A stretch of 64,000 nt of DNA from Octopus sinensis (Eukaryota). Where the stretch lies: positions 61,256,001 through 61,320,000 of the forward strand of contig NC_042998.1 in assembly GCF_006345805.1 (NCBI RefSeq). Direction: 5' to 3'. The notes beneath the pieces are model-generated. The model had not been told where the DNA came from and did not search any database. It saw nothing but the letters and a program-made list of their open reading frames with translations. Both the position numbers and the translations under genes were made by a program. How positions within the stretch are numbered: the first letter of the stretch is position 1; each line of letters starts with the position of its first letter. Shown one piece after another: positions 54,881 to 64,000 of this stretch.

Positions 54881-56857
54881 GTGCTGTTTCATTTATCAGT
54901 ATTACTGTAGATATTTTATGAAATTTTGGTAATATCAGTACCCTTTATAGAATTACATTACAGTTAATCTTTCAATTGGAAATAAGGAGGGGAACCAGTT
55001 CACAGTCCTTATAGAAACCAATTAAGCATTCTTATTTTATACCTACCAACATGATCTCACTCTCGTGCTAGACTTTTAGCCAAATTTAGGAGATCCTGCT
55101 TGTTCGGCTTAGATTATCTGAAATATCTAAGGTTTTACACTTTATAGTTAAATTTCTATATCTCTATTGGAATTTATATCTTATTGTTGTGAGATATTGC
55201 TATCATTAATGGTCAACTGGTGACCACTGTGATTTCAGTCAACATTTTTATACTTTCTACTGTGGTACCATGTAATAACTTGATATCTAAGTCCATATCA
55301 GAGCAAACTAGACTTCCTAAATCTCCTCTCTATATTAAGACATCCTACTTAATCTAACAATGTTGCATTTATCTCATTTATTTAACACTTGCTAAGGATT
55401 TTTATCACTTAGTTTTGTCTTCCATTAATTATATTTCTGCCATATCTATGATATGCCGTTGTCCTCTCAAGTCTAGTCTTTACTAACCAATATTCTTCTC
55501 ATTATCTGCTTAATTCCAATGTCAACCAGGGCTTAGCCATCTAAGATCTAGCCACAAACACATAACACACCACTTCAATTAGGATCATCATACACCTGCT
55601 CACTCTCTCTCTCTCTCTGTTAAAGGTTGCCACTGGTAATCTTGAATTTTAACTACCTACATTACAGTTCACCAGAATGTCATCTGATTCTTGAAATATT
55701 TGAAAACATATACTTGTCATTCATCCTTCTTAATAAAGCAGGTTCTCTTCAGGTTAGCAAAGATTAGATCTACACAGGTGAAATGGACAGTGGTAATGTG
55801 CCCTCAAACACTGTGCATTTGCACTCAACATCATGAACTATATATAACCAATCATCCATATATTGCAACGAAAGTATCTGGAATGGTACAAAAGAACTGA
55901 TTCTCAAGAATATAGGTTACCTTTATTTAAATCTCATCTATATATCAAACAAAGTTACCTTCCCCTTGGTAATATCTCCTTTATCCATGTGGTTGCCATT
56001 GATAGGGTAGAAACCAAGTAACCAGAAAATTTGAGGACTTGGAACTTACACCTGTGTAGCAGGGTCTGACTGACAGAAACTGTCTTGTGATGTTATTGTT
56101 AGTATAAGAACAACATCAAAAGGAATATGTAATCCCATTCACGTTACCACTGTTATACTATATTTGTCACTGATGTTAACTAAAACCAACTAATTACAAA
56201 AGGTCGAGTAATCCTTTATAAAATATACCTAAATAGTATCATAAATATACAGAAATATTTCACATTTTGTTTTAGGACACAATAACATCTGGACCTTATT
56301 GGACTATAGAAGTCAATAATGCCAGTGTGTAGAGAAGTGGTTAAGTGCACAAGAAAAACAGTAGAATTACTTACACAGATGGTAATAAGGTTTAAATCTG
56401 TTGGGTGAGGGTACAAGATAATGCTATAACAAAATAAGTTTAACTTCAGACATACAAATGTAAATCAGTTAATGAATAATATCTGATTCATTACCATGTT
56501 AACAGTTTGTATATGTAATACAAAAAAACACTGTCTGACATTGCAATACTAGATATCTATATAAATTGTATATAATCTGACTAAAATATAAGTAATTTTC
56601 ACTACAGTGAATATGATTATTTCTCAGCACAGATCTATATTGTATAAATTCCATCATCATCATGATCGTTGCTTAATATCCACTTTCTATGCTGAGGTCT
56701 GACTGGGGCTGGCAAGCGAGAAGGCTGCACCTGGCTCCAATCTGATATGATATATATGCATATATATGTAAACATACATATACATGCATACATATATGTG
56801 CATATATATACAGACATATATTTACACAAATATATCACAGTGAAAGTATTAACTCAC

Positions 56858-57104
56858 ATTACAATAGTGATTTTATTGTTTCACTTTTGACATGTAATGC
56901 TGAAATAGTGTAAGAGACAAGAGATTGCTCCAGGATCACATTAGACAAGAATTTGAAAATCTGTCTGGCCCATGACGCTGCATGGAGCCTAAGTAAGACG
57001 TGTGTGAAATTTGAATGAAATCATGCAGGTAGTTCTCGAGTTTTAGTGATGCACACATACAGGCAGACAGACAAACATTTACACTCACACATACATGTAT
57101 TCTC

Positions 57105-57141
<37 letters not shown>

Positions 57142-59128
57142 ATAATACATATTCTAACCTGAGCCATTCTGGGAAGATAGTCTGGCAAGAGATGATATCT
57201 CATATCAAACATCAGAGTACTGTAAAACACTGACATCTTCATAAGATGAAAAATCAAGAAGAAATTCTGGAGAACGATTTTGTAAACAAAAGAAATTATC
57301 TTTAACAATTTTAACCACTTAAAAACATTTTCAGTTGAGATTTGTTATTGAATCTCCTACATTAGAAAGCTGAGAATGATGTCCTTATAAGTACTTTTGA
57401 CTTTAATTATCACTCTCAGAAGATGTTAATAACATCATTAAGCATCTCTGTTGGCTCACAACTGACAGTCACTCAGTCTTGTCATTCTCCACCTATCCTT
57501 CAAATCACCATTCTTATCCTCATTTTCCCACAACTTTCACTCCCTGCATCCTCATTATTCTTCTTTCATCACCTCTCAACTTGTCACCTTGAATAAAAAA
57601 CACATCATCAGAGCAGTAAGAACTGTCTTCTTTCATGGGATGCAAGAAAAACTGACCAATGCTAGTCCTCAAGGAAAAACTTATAGAAATCAATTTGCTA
57701 TTTTCAGTTTTATACTCACCATGTGTGATTGATGTACATTGAACTGGTGTACTTAACAGTTCATTTGGATTTAAGCCTGAAATACATAATTTCAAGTGTT
57801 ATAATTTATAGTAAAATTTACCAGCATTCACATTCACACAAAAATCTATAATTATTAATCTAAACTTTTACGTTTAACAAACATTCACAGCAACACTGAC
57901 CAAATGATTTTGCAGGTAGACTTTCTAACGCCTGTTGAGATTTTGTGATTGAGCCTCATACATTACCAACGCCAACATTGATGTTCTAGTAAGTGACACG
58001 GTCTTTGATAATTGGATTCTCAAGGTGTTAGTAAATCATTAACCATCTCACAAATAACTGTATCTTAGCTTCATCCATTCGGTCATGTCATGCTCCACCT
58101 CTCTTTAATGTCAATGTTCTTATCCTCATTTTCTTGTAACTTTCAGTCCCTACATCCTCATTATTCTTCTGTTATCACTTAAACTTATCACTTTCTCAAC
58201 ATGTCTTCATGATTGTAAAAACACATCAAAGAGCAATGAGAATTGTATAATATTATAAGATGCAAGACAACCTGACCAGTGCTAGCACTATGAAGAAATG
58301 GTCCCAGTACACACTTGAAAGTGATTGATAAATGAGAGGAGACAGCATAATTTTCTGTGGAACGTTCAATCAAATTGTGGACATTGGAGTCTGGTGCTGC
58401 CCATCAGCTTGCCAGCTCTGGTCAAACTGTCCAACCCATGCCAGCATGGACAATGGACGTTAAATGGTGATGATGATGACAATCTTATTAGTGCCTGTGT
58501 TACAATAAAACATACCCAAGATCCTTTATAAAATGGTTGCTGTTAAGAAGGGTATCTTGTCATAGAAAATCCAGAGTATTTAAGTGAGATGTGTGTGTAC
58601 CTCAAGCAGTCAAAGTGGATGTTAACTCTGAATAAGAACTGACTTGGACATTGATGACCCATCTAATCGATGGGAGCATGGAAGCAGATGATGAATGATA
58701 ATGACATTATCATTAATTTTTTTGTATTTATTATTTTGCATCTTGCAGCCTGTATATAATCTTTAGGACTTGAAACTTACACCTGTGTAGCAGGGTCTGA
58801 CTGACAGAAACTGTCGTGTGATGTTATTGTTAATATACGAACAACATCAAAAGGAATACTAATCCCATTCATGTTACTACTGTTTTACTATATTTGTCAC
58901 TGATATTAATTAAAACCAACTAATTACAAAAGGTCACAGTAATGCTTTATATAATATACCTAAATAGTATCATAAATATACAGAAATATTTCACATTTTG
59001 TTTTAGGACACAATAACATCTGGACCTTATTGGACTACAGAAGTCAATAATGTCAGTTTGTAGAGAAGTGGTTGTGTGCACAAGACAAACAGTAGAATTA
59101 TTTACATAGATGGTAATAAGCTTTAAAT
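56858..59128 (-). CDS. Candidate micro-exon gene, the most intact unit. Candidate exons 59106-59128, 58781-58810, 58601-58627, 58516-58539, 58277-58287, 57901-57924, 57822-57845, 57720-57776, ~57657-57667 (weak), 57159-57168, 56858-56899
   Basis: Each segment is bounded by AG and GT on the minus strand and seven are multiples of 3. A phase-consistent chain can be built to a TAA in the last segment. The start codon and some boundaries are unresolved, and I recognise no homologue. Confidence 0.4.
57720..57776 (-). CDS. Hypervariable phase 1-1 cassette exon E of the array gene, 57 nt, (G)LNPNELLSTPVQCTSITH
   Basis: Minus strand reads ...tatgtatttcag|exon|gtgagtataaaa. Length is divisible by 3. 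Only the phase-1 frame is open across all 57/66-nt copies. Near-identical copy at 60470-60526. Confidence 0.6.
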
Positions 59129-61661
59129 CTGTTAAGTGAGGGTACAAGATGATGCTGTTATAAAATCAGGTTAAACTTCAGACATACAAATGTGGATCAG
59201 TTAATGAATAATATCTGATTCATTATCATGTTACCGGGTTGTATATGTAATACAAAAAAAAAACACCGTCTTACATTGCAATACTAGATATCTATATAAA
59301 TTGTATATAATCTGACTAAAAAATAAGTGACTTTCATTACAGTGAATATGATTATTTCTCAACACAGATCTATATTGTAGACGTTCCATCAGCATGATCA
59401 TCATCATCATTGTCATCGTCGTTTAATATCTGCTTTCTATGCTTAGGTCTGACTGATTTCTGGCAAGCGAGAAGCCTGCACCTGGCTCCAATCTGATATG
59501 ATATGTATGCATATACATGTAAACATACATATACATGCATACATATATATGCACATATATACAGACATATGCATACATAAATATATCACAGTGAACCTAT
59601 TAACTCACATTACAATAGTGATTTTATTGTTTCACGTTTGACAAGTAATACCGAAATAGTGTAAGAGATAAGAGATTGCTCCAGGATCACATTAGGCAAG
59701 AATTTGAAAATCTAATTGGCCCATGACGCTGCATGGACCCTAAGTAAGACGTGTGTGAAATTTGAATGAAATCATGCAGGTAGTTCTTGAGTTTTAGTGA
59801 TGCACACATACAGACAGACAGACAGACAAACATTTACACTCACACATACATGCATTCTCAGGTATATATATATATATATATATATGGACAATAATACATA
59901 TTCTAACCTGAGCCATTCCGGGAAGATAGTCTGGCAAGGGATGATATCTCAAATCAAACATCAGAGTACTGTAAAACTCTGACATCTTCATAAGATGAAA
60001 AAATCAAGAAGAAATTCTGGAGAACGATTTTGTAAACAAACGAAATTATCTTTAACAATTTTTATCACTTAAAAACATTTTCAGTTGAGATTTGTTATTG
60101 AATCTCCTACATTAGAAAGCTGAGAATGATGTCCTTATAAGTACTTTTGACTTTAATTATCACTCTCAGAAGATGTTAATAACATCATTAAGCATCTCTG
60201 TTGGCTCATAACTGACAGTCACTCAGTCTTGTCATTCTCCACCTATCCTTCAAATCACCATTTATATCCTCATTTTCCCACAACTTTCACTCCCTGCATC
60301 CTCATTATTCTTCTTTCATAACCTCTCAACTTGTCACCTTGAATAAAAAACACATCATCAGAGCAGTAAGAACTGTCTTCTTTCATGGGATGCAAGAAAA
60401 ACTGACCAATGCTAGTCCTCAAGGAAAAACTTATAGAAATCAATTTGCTATTTTCAGTTTTATACTCACCATGTGTGATTGATGTACATTGAACTGGTGT
60501 ACTTAACTGTTCATTTGGATTTAAGCCTGAAATACATAATTTCAAGTGTTATAATTTATAGTAAAATGTACCAGCATTCACATTCACACAAAAATCTATA
60601 ATTATTAATCAAAACTTTTACCTCTTACAAACATTCACAGCAACACTGACCAAATGATTTTGCAGGTAGACTTTCTAACGCTTGTTGAGATTTTGTGATT
60701 GAGCCTCATACTTTTCCAAAGCCAACATTGATGTTCTAGTAAGTGACACGGTCTTTGAAAATTAGATTCTCAAGGTGTTAATAAATCATTAACCATCTCA
60801 CAAATAATTGTATCTTAGCTTCATCCATTCGGTCATGTCATGCTCCGACCTCACTTTAATGTCATTGTTCTTATCCTCATTTTCTTGTAACTTTCAATCC
60901 CTACATCCTCATTATTCTTCCGTTATCACTTAAACTTATCACTTTCTCAACATGTCTTCATGATTGTAAAAACACATCAAGGAGAAATGAGAATTGTATA
61001 ATATTATGAGATGCAAATAACATGACCAGTGCTAGCACCATGAGGAAATGGCCCCAGTACACACTTGAAAGTGATTGATAAATGAGAGGAGACAGCATAA
61101 TTTTCTGTGGAACGTTCAATCTAATTGTGGACATTGGATTCTGACATCTCATATCAAACATCAGACTACTGTAAAACTCTGACATCTTCATAAGATTGAA
61201 AATCAAGAAGAACTTCTGGAGAATGATTTTGTAAACAAACAAAATTATCTTTAACAATTTTTACCAGTAGAAAAAGGTTTCAGTTGAGATTTGTTATTGA
61301 ATCTCCTACATTAGAAAGCTGAGAATGATCTTCTTATAAGTACTTTTGACTTGAATTATCACTCTCACAAGATGTTAATACATCATCTCTGTAGGCTCAC
61401 AACTGACAGTCACTCAGTCTTGTCATTCTCCAACTCTCTTTCAAATCACCATTCTTATCCTCGTTTCTCACAACTTTCACTCCCTGCATCCTCATTATTC
61501 TTCCGTCAATATTTCTCAAAGTGTCACCTTGAATGAAAAAACATCATAATAATAGCAGTAAGAACTGTCTAATTTTATGGGACACAAGAGAAACTGACCC
61601 ATGGTAGTTCCCAAGAGAAAACTTATAGAAATCGATTTGGTACTTTCAGTGTTATACTCAC

Positions 61662-61718
61662 CATGATAGATTGATGCATTTTCAACAGGTGGACCTGGCT
61701 GTTCATTTAGATATAAAA
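61662..61718 (-). CDS. Cassette exon E copy, 57 nt, (V)LYLNEQPGPPVENASIYH
   Basis: tatgaaattcag|...|gtgagtataac, open in phase 1. Confidence 0.55.
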
Positions 61719-64000
61719 CTGAATTTCATAATTTCAAGTGTTATAATTTATAGTAAAATTTACCTGCGTACACATTCACACAAAAAGCTATAATTATTAA
61801 TCTAAACTTTTACCATTTACGAACTTTGACAGCAACACTGACCAAATGATTTCACAGTGAGTCGTTCTAATGCTTGTTGAGATTTTGTGATTGAGCCTCA
61901 TACATTACCAAAGCCAACATTGATGTTCTAGTAGATAACACTGTCTTTGATTATTGGATTCTCAAGATGTTAGTAAATCATTAACCATCTCACAAATAAT
62001 TGTATCTTAGCTTCATCCATTCGGTCATGTCATTCTCCACCTCTCTTTCAAGTCATTGTTCTTATCCTCCTTTTCTTGTAACTTTCACTCCCTACATCCT
62101 CATTATTCTTCCGTTATCACTTAACCTTATCACTTTCTCAACATGTCTTCATGATTGTAAAAACACATCAAAGAGCAATGAGAATTGTATAATATTATAA
62201 GATGCAAGACCACCTGACCAGTGCTAGCACTATGAGGAAATGGCCCCAGTACACACTTGAAAGTGATTGATAAATGAGAGGAGACAGCATAATTTTGAGT
62301 GGAACGTTCAATCTAATTGTGGACATTGGATTCTGATGCTGCCCATCAGCTTGTCGGCTCTGGTCAAACTGTCTAACCCAGCCAGCATGGACAATGGTGA
62401 TGATGACAATCTTATTAGTGCCTGTGTTACTATAAAACATACCCAAGAGACTTTATAAAATGGTTGCTGTTAAGATGGTATCTTATCATAGAAAATCCAG
62501 AGTATTTAAGAGTGATGTGTGGCTACCTCAAGAAGTGAAAGTGGATGTTAAGTCTGAATAAGAACTGGCTTGGACATTGATGACCCATCTAATCGACGGG
62601 AGCATGGAAGCAGATGATGAATGATAATGACATTATCATTAACTTTTTTGTATTTATTATTTTGCATCTTGCAGCCTGTATATAATCTTTAGGACTTGAA
62701 ACTTACACCTGTGTAGCAGGGTCTGACTTACAGAAACTGTCGTGTGATGTTATTGTTAATATAAGATCAACATCAAAAAGAACATCTAATCTCATTCATG
62801 TTACTACTGTTTTACTACATTTGTCACTGATATTAATTAAGACCAACTATTTACAAAAGGTCACAGTAATGCTTCATATAATATATATAAATAGTATCAT
62901 AAATATACAGAAATATTTAACATTTTATTTTAGGACACAATAACATCTGAACCTTATTGGACTATAGGAGTCAATAATGTCAGTTTGTTGAGAAGTGGTT
63001 GTGTGCACAAGAAAAACAGTAGAATTACTTACACAGATGGTAATAAAGTTTAAATCTGTTGGATGAGAGTAGATGATGCTGTTATAAAATCAGGTTAAAT
63101 TTCAGACGTACAAATGTAAATCAATAAATGAATAATATCTGATTCATTACATGATTCATGTTAACAGTTTGTATATGTAATACAAAAAAAATACTGTCTG
63201 ACATTGCAATACTAGATATCTATATAAATTGTATATATTCTGAGTAAAAAATAAGTGACTTTCATTACAGTGAATATGATTATGTCTCAGCACAGATCTA
63301 TATTGTAGAAGTTCCATCATCATCGTTATCATCATCATGATTGTTGTCGTCAAGTAATATCTGCTTTCCATGCTGACATGTATTGGACGGTCTGACTGAG
63401 AGCTGGCAAGCCAGAAGTTTGCACCAGTCTCCAAACTGATCTGACATGTGTGCATATATATGTAAACATACATATACATGCATACATATATATGCATATA
63501 TATACAGACATATACATACACAAATATATCACAGTGAAAGTATTAACTCACATTACAATGGCGATTCTATTGTTTCACTTTTGACAAGTAATACTGAAAT
63601 AGTGTAAGAGATAAGAGATTGCTCTTAGAACACATTAGGCAAGAAGTTGAAAATTTGTTTGGCCCATGACACTGCATGGACCTGAAGTGAGGCATGTGTG
63701 AAATTTGTATGAAATCAGCTGGGTAGTTCTCGAGTTTTAGTGATGCACACATACATACAGACACACATTTACATGCACACATACATGCATTCTCAGTAAT
63801 ATATATATATATATATCTTTATATAGACTATAAAACATATTCTAACCTGAGATATTCTGGGAAGATAATCCAGCGAGAAATAATATAGCATATCACATAT
63901 TAGACTACCGTAAAAATCTGACAACCTCATAAGATGATCAATCAAGAAGAACTTCTAGAGAACGATTTTATAAACAAAGGAAATTATCTTTAACAATTTT

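Larger units (their letters stand above)
56030..64000 (-). repeat. Right block of the same tandem array, continuing past the window end
   Basis: Same markers at ~56050, 57652, 58781, 60402, 62707 (variant at 61594). The period between the SINE-remnant boundaries at ~56660 and ~59420 is ~2.75 kb. Confidence 0.95.

Overview
AT-rich eukaryotic genomic DNA. The SINE and LINE-tail sequences match octopus repeats as I recall them, so Octopus is an inference, not a database result. The window has three parts. (1) 1-19290 and ~56030-64000 are two blocks of one tandem array of ~2.7-3.8 kb units (about 10-11 complete or partial copies, at least two sequence lineages). On the minus strand each unit carries a series of 10-66 nt segments bounded by AG/GT, most with lengths divisible by 3 (30, 27, 24, 24, 24, 57/66, 42). 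One of them is hypervariable yet frame-preserving. This looks like an unannotated, rapidly diversifying micro-exon gene family that the ORF track cannot see. (2) 19294-20797 is a near-perfect 446-bp palindrome plus a 582-bp direct repeat at the edge of the left block. (3) ~20800-56030 is a repeat-rich spacer holding two phase-compatible + strand exons for a UBA domain and a NUB1-like C-terminus. It also holds decayed RTE, Tx1/L1, R4/Dong and Penelope retroelements (one with a hammerhead-like motif), many SINEs, and two foldback MITEs. Most ORF-track entries are microsatellite, antisense or chance ORFs. The full exon chain of the array gene is a hypothesis that needs RNA data.
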